This document shows positions 45,938 to 55,125 of a stretch of 64,000 bases of DNA, one piece after another; position 1 is the stretch's first letter; each line of letters starts with the position of its first letter. The stretch is from an uncultured delta proteobacterium (lineage in GTDB: Bacteria > Myxococcota > UBA727 > VGSZ01). The DNA is taken from contig CAVZJB010000017.1 of assembly GCA_963775425.1 (NCBI GenBank), forward strand, positions 384,001 through 448,000, in the 5' to 3' direction. Under the pieces are notes generated by a model. It was not told the DNA's origin, ran no database searches, and saw only the letters and a program-made list of their open reading frames with translations. A program made the position numbers and the translations under genes.

Positions 45938-46953
45938 TGCGCGACGTCCTCCTCGAGACCCTGCGCTGTCCCTCCTGCCGCGGCACGCTCGCGGTGGCCG
46001 ACGGCGCCACCGAGGGGCCGCACGTCGTCCGCGGCCGGCTCGTGTGCGGCGGCTGCGGAGAGGGCTGGCCGATCATCGACGGTGTCCCCGACTTCGTCTC
46101 GGCGCGGGGCGCCGAGGCGGTGGAGCAGACCACCAGCGGCTTCGCCGTGAACTGGCGCCGCTACAGCGACGTCATCCTCGCCCAGCCCGCCTTGAACGAC
46201 GAGCTGTTCCGCGACTGGATTGCGCCCATGCAACCCGAGCGCTTCGAGGGCCGGATGGTGCTCGACGCCGGCTGCGGCATGGGGCGATGGCTCGCCGCCG
46301 CAGCGCCGCACGCGCCCAGGCAGCTCATCGGCTTCGACTACTCCGAGGTGGCCCACGCCGCGTTCAACAACACGCGCCACCTCAAGCACGTGCACGTGGT
46401 GCGCGCGGACATCTTCCGCTTGCCCTTCGCGCCGGTGTTCGACGCCTGCTACTCCATCGGCGTCGTGCACCACACGCCCGACCCCGAGGGCGCGTTCGCC
46501 GCGCTCCTCGAGGCGGTGAAGCCCGACGGCGTGCTCGCGGTGTGGGTCTACGGCAAGGAGAACAACGAGTGGATCGAGACGGTCATCTCCCCGGTGCGCC
46601 GGGTGTTGACGAGCCGCCTGCCCGATCCCGTTCTCTACGGGCTCAGCAAGGTCCTCACGCTCCAGCTCGCCGCCGCTGCCCGCACCTACGCGCGCGCGTT
46701 CCCCACGCCCACGTCGTTTTCTTACGACGCCTACGCGCGTCACCTGCTCAAGTACCCGCGCGCGTATCTCGAGCACATCGTCTACGACCACCTCGTCCCG
46801 CAACTGGCCCGGTACCTGTCGCGTGAAGAGGTGGAGAGCTGGGCCGCCCGGCGGCAGCTCGCGTTCTCGCTGACGTCGAGGAACGCGAACTCGTGGCGCC
46901 TCATCGCCGCGCGCACGCCCGCCGCCCTGGAGGCCTTCACGACGGACGCGTGA
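45937..46953 (+). CDS. Class I SAM methyltransferase with N-terminal Trm112-like Zn ribbon
   Basis: LRCPSC...CGGC..WPIIDGVP; VLDAGCGMG; GVVHHTPDP; TGATG coupling to the upstream gene. Confidence 0.88.
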   Translation: MRDVLLETLRCPSCRGTLAVADGATEGPHVVRGRLVCGGCGEGWPIIDGVPDFVSARGAEAVEQTTSGFAVNWRRYSDVILAQPALNDELFRDWIAPMQPERFEGRMVLDAGCGMGRWLAAAAPHAPRQLIGFDYSEVAHAAFNNTRHLKHVHVVRADIFRLPFAPVFDACYSIGVVHHTPDPEGAFAALLEAVKPDGVLAVWVYGKENNEWIETVISPVRRVLTSRLPDPVLYGLSKVLTLQLAAAARTYARAFPTPTSFSYDAYARHLLKYPRAYLEHIVYDHLVPQLARYLSREEVESWAARRQLAFSLTSRNANSWRLIAARTPAALEAFTTDA

Positions 46954-47035
46954 GCCCGGTTGACCGCTGCCGCTGCTGCGGCACGCTCGTCGTGACGGGC
47001 GGCGGCCGGGCCTCGGCGTCTCCCGAGGAGCATCG

Positions 47036-48058
47036 ATGACATCCGCGTCCCTCGTCCTCGTCACCGGCGGCACCGGCTTCATCGGCCGCCACACCGTCGG
47101 CGCGCTGCTCGCCGCCGGACACCGCGTGCGCTGCCTGTGCCGCGGGGACGAGCCATCGCTGCGCGAGGCGGGCGCCGAGGTCGTCCGCGGCGACGTCCTC
47201 ATCAAGGACTCCGTCGAGCGCGCGCTCGAAGGCGTCGACGCCGTGGTGCACGGCGCGGGCCTGGTCTCCCGCTCCTCCGACGACAGCGCGCTGATGATGC
47301 GCCTGCACGTCGACGGTACCCGCCACGTGGTCGGCCTCGCCTGCGAGCGCGGCGTGCGCCGCGTGATCCACCTGTCCACCTCGGGCACGGTGGCGGTCGG
47401 CACCGATCCGGCGATGGTGTATCGCGAGGACGACCCGGTCCCCTTCGAGCAGCTCGCGCGTTTCCCCTACTACCTGTCCAAGTGGCTCGCCGAACGCGTC
47501 GCCGACGATTGCGCGCGCCTGGCGGGGACCCGCACCGGCGTCGTCACGCTGAACCCGTCCCTGGCCCTCGGCCCCGGTGACACGCGCGGCAGCTCCACCA
47601 CCGACGTGAAGCGCTTCCTCCACCGGGAGCTCCCCATCGTCCCGTCCGGCGGCTTCTCCTTCGTCGACGCGCGCGACGTCGCCGGCGCCGTCGTCGCCGC
47701 CCTCGAGCAGGGGCGCCCGGGCGAGCGCTATCTCCTCGGCGCGCTCAACTGCACCTTCGCCGAATTCTTCGCGCGCCTCTCCGAGGTGAGCGGCGTGCGC
47801 GGCCCCGCGCTCGGGGTCCCGCTGCCCAAGCGCGTCGCCACGCTCGGCATCGGCCTGCTCGAGCGGCTCGCCGGCACGGTGGGCGCCAAGCTGCCCGTGA
47901 GCACCGTCGAGGCCGAGATGGCTTCGTGCTTCTGGTACGTCGACGGGCGCAAGGCCGAGCGCGCGCTGGGCTTCGCCGCGCGCGATCCCATGATCACCTT
48001 GCTCGACACCGTGCGCGACGTCCGCGGCGAGACGCGCGTCGAGAAGCGCGTCGGTTGA
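47036..48058 (+). CDS. NAD-dependent epimerase/dehydratase (ElbE/HpnA-like)
   Basis: TGGTGFIG, YYLSK, GPGD, FVDARDVA, GERY. Confidence 0.88.
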   Translation: MTSASLVLVTGGTGFIGRHTVGALLAAGHRVRCLCRGDEPSLREAGAEVVRGDVLIKDSVERALEGVDAVVHGAGLVSRSSDDSALMMRLHVDGTRHVVGLACERGVRRVIHLSTSGTVAVGTDPAMVYREDDPVPFEQLARFPYYLSKWLAERVADDCARLAGTRTGVVTLNPSLALGPGDTRGSSTTDVKRFLHRELPIVPSGGFSFVDARDVAGAVVAALEQGRPGERYLLGALNCTFAEFFARLSEVSGVRGPALGVPLPKRVATLGIGLLERLAGTVGAKLPVSTVEAEMASCFWYVDGRKAERALGFAARDPMITLLDTVRDVRGETRVEKRVG

Positions 48059-48068
48059 GGCGGCGACA

Positions 48069-49928
48069 TCACCACGAGGCAATCAGGCGCGGGGGCGGCT
48101 GTCGCTCGACGTCGCAGATGAACGCGTTGGCGGCGTCGCGCGTGAAGCGCGCCCGCACGGGGCTGTTTGGCACGACGCCGGCGCAGCGGTGATGGGGCAC
48201 GTCGAGCCAGACCTCGCCGCAGCCCATGCGCGGCAGCACCGCCGTGGCGACGCCTTCTTGGTCCGGGAGCAGGTGAACGCGGAGAAGCGGGCTCCGCCGC
48301 GGCCACCAGCCCGCGACGGCGTCGGCCGGGCCGTCGAGCCCGCTGAGCTCGATGACGCCGTCGCAGCCTTGGAACGTCCCGATGAACAGACCGCCGTCGG
48401 CGAACGTGGGGACGAAGCCGGCCTCGTCGAGCAGCGCGCGATCCTGGGGCTCGCCGTAGAAGATCACGCCCTCGTCGGTGGACGCGTGCGAGAGCAGCAC
48501 GCGCAGTAAGCGGCGGCGATCCTCCGGCGTGCGCGCCCGGGCGACCTCGAGCCAGCTCTCCTTCTCGGGCACGTCGCCCTGCCAGGGCGCTTTGCGCAGC
48601 GCGAGGTGCATCGACGCGATGCGGTCCTGCGCGTACGCCGTGGCTCCGCCCAACTCCATCGCGTAGAGCGCGTCGACGTGGATGAGCGGCGTGAAGGAGT
48701 CGATGCCGAAGCTCTCGCGGCGCGCGCCCCAGAAGCTCACGATCACCGGGAGGTAGTCGAGCGGGTGGGGCTTCACCTTGCCGAGCCCCGCGAGCGCCGG
48801 CCTGGCCGCGTCGCGGATCTCCGCGTGCAGGCGCGCCGCGGATGCGAACGATCCCACGGCGTAGCCGGCGATCACCACGACGGCGACCGCCTTGCCGCGG
48901 ACACCCGCGCGCTCGACGGCGACGAGGGCGAACAACAGCGCGGTCCCGAGCGGGAGGCAGCGCACGTCGAAGAGCTGCCAGCTCAAGAAGTCGCGCGGGA
49001 GGCTCATCGACACCAACACGAGCGCGGCGCCGACGACCACCAGGCCGCGCTCCTCCCGGCGGCCCGTGCCGCGGCGCCCGCCCCGCACCGCGATGAGGGC
49101 GCCGCCGCACGCGAGCGCCAGGCAGGCGAACGGACGCAGCAGGCCGCGCGGCTGGAAGGCGCTCTCGACGAAGAGCGTGCGCTCGACGAGCCCGGGAAAC
49201 AGCGGCTCGCCTCCACCACCTCGCACGTCCACCGCCGTGCGGCTCGCGAGCACCATGATGACGAGCGCAGGCAGCGAGGCGACAAAGAGCGCGAGCCATG
49301 CACGCAGCAAGGGACCGCGCCCCTCGCCGCGCGCGAGCACCACCGCGCCCGCGGCGAGGCCCGCGAGGCCGGCGGCGAAGACGTGGCAGTACGCGGCCAG
49401 CAAGAGGAGCACCCCGGTGGCGACGTGGTCGACGACCCCCGGCCTCTCCTTGCGAACGAACGCGGCGAGCGCGAGCAGGCCGAACGCGGTGCCGAGCATG
49501 AACGGGTAGAAGCCGAAGTACAGAGACGTCTGCAGCGCCAAGGGGAAGCCGAGGAGGCCGACGACCGCCCGGCGAGGCGCGAGCGCGACGACAAACACGA
49601 AGAAGGACACCGCCCAGAGCTCGGCGACGATGACGATGGAGGTCTGCATCGCGAGGCGCCAGCCGAGCGCAGGCAGCAACCAGCGAAACACGTTGTCGAA
49701 GCCGCGCGACGTCCACGGCGAATTGGCCACGAAGCGCTCGGCGAAGCCGAGCGAGGCGTCGTGGAGCCGCGCGTGGATGAAGGCGCCCTGCACGTGGCTT
49801 GGCCCGTCGTTGGACAGGAACGGGACCTCGATGCAGATGACACCCGCGAGGGCGACGGCGGAGGCGACGAAGGCGACGATCAGGGCGGCTGCGAGCGCGC
49901 GCCCTCGAGGAGAACCGCCGCCGGTCAC
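48069..49928 (-). CDS. Polytopic membrane protein, possibly GT-C-type glycosyltransferase
   Basis: About 10 hydrophobic helices, NDGPSH after helix 1, C-terminal soluble domain; GTG overlaps the hutH stop. Confidence 0.65.
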   Translation of the reverse strand: MTGGGSPRGRALAAALIVAFVASAVALAGVICIEVPFLSNDGPSHVQGAFIHARLHDASLGFAERFVANSPWTSRGFDNVFRWLLPALGWRLAMQTSIVIVAELWAVSFFVFVVALAPRRAVVGLLGFPLALQTSLYFGFYPFMLGTAFGLLALAAFVRKERPGVVDHVATGVLLLLAAYCHVFAAGLAGLAAGAVVLARGEGRGPLLRAWLALFVASLPALVIMVLASRTAVDVRGGGGEPLFPGLVERTLFVESAFQPRGLLRPFACLALACGGALIAVRGGRRGTGRREERGLVVVGAALVLVSMSLPRDFLSWQLFDVRCLPLGTALLFALVAVERAGVRGKAVAVVVIAGYAVGSFASAARLHAEIRDAARPALAGLGKVKPHPLDYLPVIVSFWGARRESFGIDSFTPLIHVDALYAMELGGATAYAQDRIASMHLALRKAPWQGDVPEKESWLEVARARTPEDRRRLLRVLLSHASTDEGVIFYGEPQDRALLDEAGFVPTFADGGLFIGTFQGCDGVIELSGLDGPADAVAGWWPRRSPLLRVHLLPDQEGVATAVLPRMGCGEVWLDVPHHRCAGVVPNSPVRARFTRDAANAFICDVERQPPPRLIASW

Positions 49929-51490
49929 ACCACGACCGGACCCACCGCAGCGAGGACGTCGTCGCCGCAAACGAGGCGCTCGACCGCTTCGAGGTCGACG
50001 CCGAAGGCGCGGTCCACCGGAGCGAACGCGATGTCGTTGCGCAACCGCGCGTGCACGACGGTGAGGGCACGCCCGGGCGAGAGCGGCGCGCGCAGGTCGA
50101 TGCCCTGGCACGCGCAGAACAACTCCAGCCCGAGGACACGCCGGACGTTTTCCACCACCTGCGCCGCCTTGTTGGCGGACGTCATGCCCATGCTGACGTG
50201 ATCCTCGCGGTTCGCCGACGACGGGATGCTGTCGACGACGGCGGGGTGACAGAGGATCTTGTTCTCGTTGATCAGCGCGGCCGCCGTCACCTGGACGATC
50301 ATGAAGCCGCTGTTGAGACCCGGCTCCGGCGCGAGGAACGCCGGCAGGCCCGAAGACAGCGCCGGGTTCACGAGCTGCTCGATGCGGCGCTCGGAGATGG
50401 ACGCGAGCTCGGCGACGGCGATGGCGAGCAGATCGAGCGCCATCGCGATGGGCTGCCCGTGGAAGTTGCCGCCCGACACCACCTCGGGGGCCGTGAACCG
50501 ATCGGGGCCGACCTCGTCGTCGGCGGCGTCTTCGTCGAGAAACACGAGCGGGTTGTCGGTGGCGGACGTCACCTCCCGTTCGATCACGGAGCGCACCCAG
50601 GCGAGCGCGTCGCGCGTGGCGCCGTGCACCTGCGGCATGCAGCGCAGGGAGTACGGGTCCTGCACTTTGCCGCAGTCCTTGTGCGACTCCATGATCTCGC
50701 TGCCCGCGAGGAGGCGCAGGAGGTTCGCGGCCACGGTGCGCTGACCGGGGTGCGGGCGCTTGTCGTGGATGCGCGGATCGAACGCCTTCCACGTGCCCTT
50801 GAGGGCGTCGAGCGAGCAAGCGCCGACGACGTCGGCGAGCCGGCAGAGGCGCTCGGACTCGAGGAGCGAGAGCAGGCCGACGGCGGTCATCGCCTGGGTG
50901 CCGTTGATGAGCGCCAGGCCCTCCTTGGCCTCGAGCGCGAGCGGCTCGACGCCCGCGGCGGCGAACGCTGCGGCGGCCGGTACGCGCTCGCCCCGGAGGA
51001 GGGCGTCCCCCTCGCCGAGGAGGAGGCGCGCCGTGTGCGCCAGCGGCGCGAGATCGCCGGAGGCGCCGACGCTGCCCTTGCGCGGCACGACGGGCGCGGC
51101 GCCCGCGTTGAGGAGTGCGACGACGGTGTCGAGCACGATGGCGCGGCAGCCGGAGCACCCCGCGGCGAGCGTTGACGCACGCAGGAACATGAGCGCGCGC
51201 GCCTCGGCGAAACTGAGGGGAAGGCCGACGCCGACGGCGTGGCTCTCGATGAGGTTCTTCTGGAGCAGGCCGACCTTGTCCGGCGGGATCTTCACCTCTG
51301 CGAGCGCGCCGAAGCCGGTGTTGATGCCGTAGTGCGGCTCGTTGCCGCGGGCCATCTCGTCGACGAGCTCCCGCGCGCGCGCCATGCGATCACGGACCGC
51401 CGCAGCCACGACGACGCGCGCCTCGCCGCGCGCGACGGCGGCCACGTCCTCGAGCGCGAGCGTCTTTCCGTCGAGAACGACCTCGCGCAC
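49925..51490 (-). CDS. hutH: Histidine ammonia-lyase
   Basis: [24 protein letters not shown] (MIO), [28 protein letters not shown]. Confidence 0.95.
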   Translation of the reverse strand: MREVVLDGKTLALEDVAAVARGEARVVVAAAVRDRMARARELVDEMARGNEPHYGINTGFGALAEVKIPPDKVGLLQKNLIESHAVGVGLPLSFAEARALMFLRASTLAAGCSGCRAIVLDTVVALLNAGAAPVVPRKGSVGASGDLAPLAHTARLLLGEGDALLRGERVPAAAAFAAAGVEPLALEAKEGLALINGTQAMTAVGLLSLLESERLCRLADVVGACSLDALKGTWKAFDPRIHDKRPHPGQRTVAANLLRLLAGSEIMESHKDCGKVQDPYSLRCMPQVHGATRDALAWVRSVIEREVTSATDNPLVFLDEDAADDEVGPDRFTAPEVVSGGNFHGQPIAMALDLLAIAVAELASISERRIEQLVNPALSSGLPAFLAPEPGLNSGFMIVQVTAAALINENKILCHPAVVDSIPSSANREDHVSMGMTSANKAAQVVENVRRVLGLELFCACQGIDLRAPLSPGRALTVVHARLRNDIAFAPVDRAFGVDLEAVERLVCGDDVLAAVGPVVV

Positions 51491-51491
51491 C

Positions 51492-52031
51492 TCAGCCTCC
51501 CGCCTGCTGCCGGCATACCGCGCACATCTGGTCCACCGACGCGGTGGAGGCGACCTCGCAGAGCCCCTGATCCTGATCGCACACGAAGGTGAGCGTGCAG
51601 TCGAAGTGCTGGTCGGCGACGGGGTTGCCGTCGGCGCCGAGGACGGGGCACGACAGGTGCTTGGTGCACTCCGCGTCGGCGGCGCAGCGCTCGAAGCCGC
51701 ACTCTCCGCGCGCCGCGAACCTGCCGCAGATGTCGTCGCAGGACAGCCCGCTGAAGTCGTCCTCGCACGTCTGCGTGGCGCCTTCGCAGCGGAAGGCGAG
51801 CGTGCAGTCGTTGCGCACCTGGGTCTGCGCGTCGATGCACTGGCAGGTGCGCTTGCAGTTGGCGGAGCTCTCGCACGGCCGCGGGCAGCCGGCGGCGGCC
51901 AGCAGCGCCGCGAACGACGTGGTCAAAAGCAGCACGCGGCCCGCGCCGATCGAGCGCAGCCGCGCCCTCCGGTCGCCGATCGCGCGGGCCCGGGGCCGCG
52001 CCCCCGAGGCGCTGTCACGCACGCGTGCCAT
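51492..52031 (-). CDS. Small Cys-rich lipoprotein
   Basis: Lipobox AAGC followed by many Cys in ~130 aa; start uncertain. Confidence 0.7.
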   Translation of the reverse strand: MARVRDSASGARPRARAIGDRRARLRSIGAGRVLLLTTSFAALLAAAGCPRPCESSANCKRTCQCIDAQTQVRNDCTLAFRCEGATQTCEDDFSGLSCDDICGRFAARGECGFERCAADAECTKHLSCPVLGADGNPVADQHFDCTLTFVCDQDQGLCEVASTASVDQMCAVCRQQAGG

Positions 52032-52092
52032 GCCTCGTCGGTGCCACACGCGGCCGCTCGACACAAGGGCGAGGCATCGGGGACACTCGCCC

Positions 52093-52494
52093 ATGGTCGA
52101 CGTCACCGGGGCCCAGCGACGACGCAGCGCAGCGCTCGTGTGCGCCATGGTGCTCCTGGCCGCCGGCGGCGCGCTGTCCCGCCTGCCCCATGGCGGCCGC
52201 GCTCCCGCGCCGTGCCCCCGACCTGCGCTCCGCGGGGACGTGCTCGTCTGCGACGGCGCCGGCGCGCCCGCGGGCGCCCGCGCCTGGCTGGCGGGGCACA
52301 AGCTCGACGTCAACACGGCCAACGAGCGCGCCTTCGAGGCGCTCCCCGGCGTCGGCCCCTCCCTCGCGCACGCCATCGTCGCGGCCCGCGCCGCGCGCGG
52401 CGGCTTCACCTCGCTCGACGAGCTCGACGACGTACCCGGCATCGGCCCAAAGACGCTCGACAAGCTGCGCGCGTTCCTCGAGGTCTCCCGATAG
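52093..52494 (+). CDS. ComEA-like helix-hairpin-helix DNA-binding protein
   Basis: N-terminal TM, LDVNTA, LPGVGPSLA, VPGIGPKT. Confidence 0.88.
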   Translation: MVDVTGAQRRRSAALVCAMVLLAAGGALSRLPHGGRAPAPCPRPALRGDVLVCDGAGAPAGARAWLAGHKLDVNTANERAFEALPGVGPSLAHAIVAARAARGGFTSLDELDDVPGIGPKTLDKLRAFLEVSR

Positions 52495-52524
52495 CGCGCG
52501 TGACAGGAGCGGGCGCCCTGGGCG

Positions 52525-53628
52525 CTACGCCGCGAGCGAGAGGCTCTTCAAGATCGGCCGCGTCTCGTCGAACAAGCGGCGCAGCCCCTGCAGCGAGGGC
52601 GCCCGCTCCTTTCGGCCGATCTCCTGCACCGCGGCGACGACGGCGGCGTTGATGGGCACCTTGACGTCGACCGCGGGCGCGCGTTCGACGACCTCACCGT
52701 TGAGGAATTCCACCGGAGGCTCCCGGCCCCGCTCGATGGCCAGGAGCATCGACGAGCGCAGCCTGCGGTACTTGGCGCCCACCGCGAGGAGCACGGTGTG
52801 CTTGGCCAGCAGGCCGGGCGAGCCCTGGACCAGGCGCTCGTCGTCGTCGAGGGAGATCCACTCGAGGTCGAGCGTGCCCGAGATCTTCTCGAGCTTCACG
52901 CCGAGCGCCAGCGCCACCTGCGTCACCTCCGTCATCACCTCGAGGCACAAGCGACGCACGAAGCGGTGGCGCATGAGCACGCCGAGGCGGTCGCCACCGA
53001 TGGTGCCGAGCGACGAGATGGCGCAGTTGATGGCGAGCTTGCTCCAGCGGGCCCCGCGCAGGTTGGTGGTGACGTCGATGTCGCGATCCACCGGCGTGAG
53101 GAACTGCGCCACCCGCTCGAGCGTCTCGTCGACGCTGCCGTCGAGGCGGCCGACGGTGAGGCCGCCGTCGCTGGTCTGTTCGACGACGCCGGGCCCGAGC
53201 ATGGACGCGCCGAAGCCCACGATGCCGCCGACGACGCGCTCGGCGCCAAACCGCGCGGCGAGCCGCTCCTCGGGCAAGCCGTTCGCCAGCGGAACGAGCA
53301 CGCCGGCGTCCCCGAGGAACGGCAGCACGCCGTCGGCGGCCTCCTCGAGGCGGTTGGGCGGCACGGCCAGGAGCGCGAGATCATACGGCCCCGGCGGCAG
53401 CACCGCCGCCCGCGTGACGACGTCGCAGCGCACCTGCCGGGCGCCCGTGACCAGGCGCGCCTGGAGGCCGCGCTCGCCCACGGCGCGCGTGATGTCGGCG
53501 TTGGAGGTGACGGCGACGACGTGGCGGCCGGCGCCCGCGAGGTGCGCGACGACGCAGCCGCCGACGCCGCCGACGCCGACGACGACGGCGCGGGCTCCCT
53601 CGGACCAGGCTTCGTGTTTCTCGATCAC
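52525..53628 (-). CDS. Ketopantoate reductase (PanE/ApbA) family protein
   Basis: GVGGVG, LANG, WSKLAIN, SSMLLAI, EFLNG. Confidence 0.88.
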   Translation of the reverse strand: MIEKHEAWSEGARAVVVGVGGVGGCVVAHLAGAGRHVVAVTSNADITRAVGERGLQARLVTGARQVRCDVVTRAAVLPPGPYDLALLAVPPNRLEEAADGVLPFLGDAGVLVPLANGLPEERLAARFGAERVVGGIVGFGASMLGPGVVEQTSDGGLTVGRLDGSVDETLERVAQFLTPVDRDIDVTTNLRGARWSKLAINCAISSLGTIGGDRLGVLMRHRFVRRLCLEVMTEVTQVALALGVKLEKISGTLDLEWISLDDDERLVQGSPGLLAKHTVLLAVGAKYRRLRSSMLLAIERGREPPVEFLNGEVVERAPAVDVKVPINAAVVAAVQEIGRKERAPSLQGLRRLFDETRPILKSLSLAA

Positions 53629-53696
53629 GGCTCCACTCTACCTCGGCCCCGCTTCGCACGGCGCCGGCGGGCCTCGGCGCACCGAGCGGCTGCGGC

Positions 53697-55049
53697 TCAG
53701 GGCGCGCGGGCTGCGCGCTCGCCGGCGACGAAGCCCATGAGCGCGGCCACCGCGGCGCCGGTGCCGTCGCGCGCGGGGTCCCAGCCTTCGACGAGCGTGC
53801 CGGCGCAGGCGACGTTTTCGAACGCGACGCGGCCGGCGGCGTCGAGCGGGCGGAGCGCGTCGTCGACGGCGACGCCGGCGCGGAAGATGGCGTGGTCGGC
53901 CTCGGGCACGGGGCCGGTGAGGCCGCCGATGAAGCTGTCGCCCACGACGGCGCCGTCGCTGACGACGGGCAGGCCGAGCAACGCCTCGCGCGCGTCACCG
54001 TCGCGCACGACGCCACCGGACAGGAAGCGACCGCCGGCGAGGACGACGCTCCGGGGCTTGAGCTCCGCGCGCAGTTGTGTGCCCTCGACGACGACGCTGG
54101 TGACGCGATCGCCCGTCGTGGAGGCCGACACGGCGGGCGCGTCGAGGACCGCGACCCCCAGCTTGCGCGCGGCGGCGGTGAGCGCGCGCTGCAAACGCTC
54201 GCCCGGCGGCGACGGCGGCAGCGCCAGCAACTCCCGCACGGTGCGGCCGACGGCGCGCTCGACGTCGGCGTGCACCGTGGCCGCCTGCTCCATGCCGAGG
54301 ACGGGCGGCACGAGCAGGTGCGCGGGCGTGCGCGTGAGCTTTCGCAGCGAGTCGCGCAAGCCGTCGATGAACCCCTGGCGTGCGTTTGCGTCCTCGAGGT
54401 GGCGCGCCATCTCCGACGTCGAGTCGAAGAGCGCGCGGCCGGGGAGCAGCCGCTCGACGACGATGGGGGTGAATTGCACGCGGCGCTCCGAGTGCCCGGC
54501 GATCCAGCTCAGCATGTGGACGACGGAGCGCGCGGAGAAGCCCGCGAGGTCGGCGGGCTCGACGACGCCGACGAGGACGTCGCCGTCCAGGGCGCCGAGG
54601 TCGAGCAACTGCGTCTTTTGGACGAGCGCCGCCCGCTTCACCGTGCCGAGCTGTGTGGCGACGACGTGGTTTTGGCCGTCGTCGCGCTCGACGAGCTCGA
54701 CGCCGCCGTTGCTCGCGAGCTGCTTGAGGAGCGCGAGCGCTTCGCGCAGGCGCTCGCGCCCCTTGTCGCCGAGGCGCGCGTAGGGGTGGCGGGGGCGGCG
54801 CGCGGCGACGACGTCGACCGCCTTGCGCCAGCGCCCCCCGCGCTCGAACGGATCGAGCGCGGTGCCGGGGACCAGGCCGTTCAAGTCGTCGGCGACGTCG
54901 ACGGCGCCCGACGACGACGCGAGCGCGCCGCCGGGCTTGCGCACCAGGGTGACGCTCTTGCCGAGCTCCCGCGCGCGCGCCGCGGCGACGAAGCCGGCGA
55001 CGCCGCCGCCGACGACGACGACGTCGGGTACGAGATCGATCTCGCTCAC
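53697..55049 (-). CDS. glpB: Anaerobic glycerol-3-phosphate dehydrogenase subunit B
   Basis: GGGVAG, SSGAVD, TQLGT, PPSPPGERL, GRFLSGG; downstream of glpA. Confidence 0.82.
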   Translation of the reverse strand: MSEIDLVPDVVVVGGGVAGFVAAARARELGKSVTLVRKPGGALASSSGAVDVADDLNGLVPGTALDPFERGGRWRKAVDVVAARRPRHPYARLGDKGRERLREALALLKQLASNGGVELVERDDGQNHVVATQLGTVKRAALVQKTQLLDLGALDGDVLVGVVEPADLAGFSARSVVHMLSWIAGHSERRVQFTPIVVERLLPGRALFDSTSEMARHLEDANARQGFIDGLRDSLRKLTRTPAHLLVPPVLGMEQAATVHADVERAVGRTVRELLALPPSPPGERLQRALTAAARKLGVAVLDAPAVSASTTGDRVTSVVVEGTQLRAELKPRSVVLAGGRFLSGGVVRDGDAREALLGLPVVSDGAVVGDSFIGGLTGPVPEADHAIFRAGVAVDDALRPLDAAGRVAFENVACAGTLVEGWDPARDGTGAAVAALMGFVAGERAARAP

Positions 55050-55125
55050 GACGCCCCCTCGGCGCGCGCGACGATGACTCGCGCGCGCGCGACAGGGGCG
55101 CGCCGCACGGCGACGGCGGGGGGGT

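Noticed and set aside
49925-51490. Tyrosine/phenylalanine ammonia-lyase or aminomutase of a natural-product cluster
   Set aside because: ESHA specificity residues fit histidase, and no NRPS/PKS is nearby.
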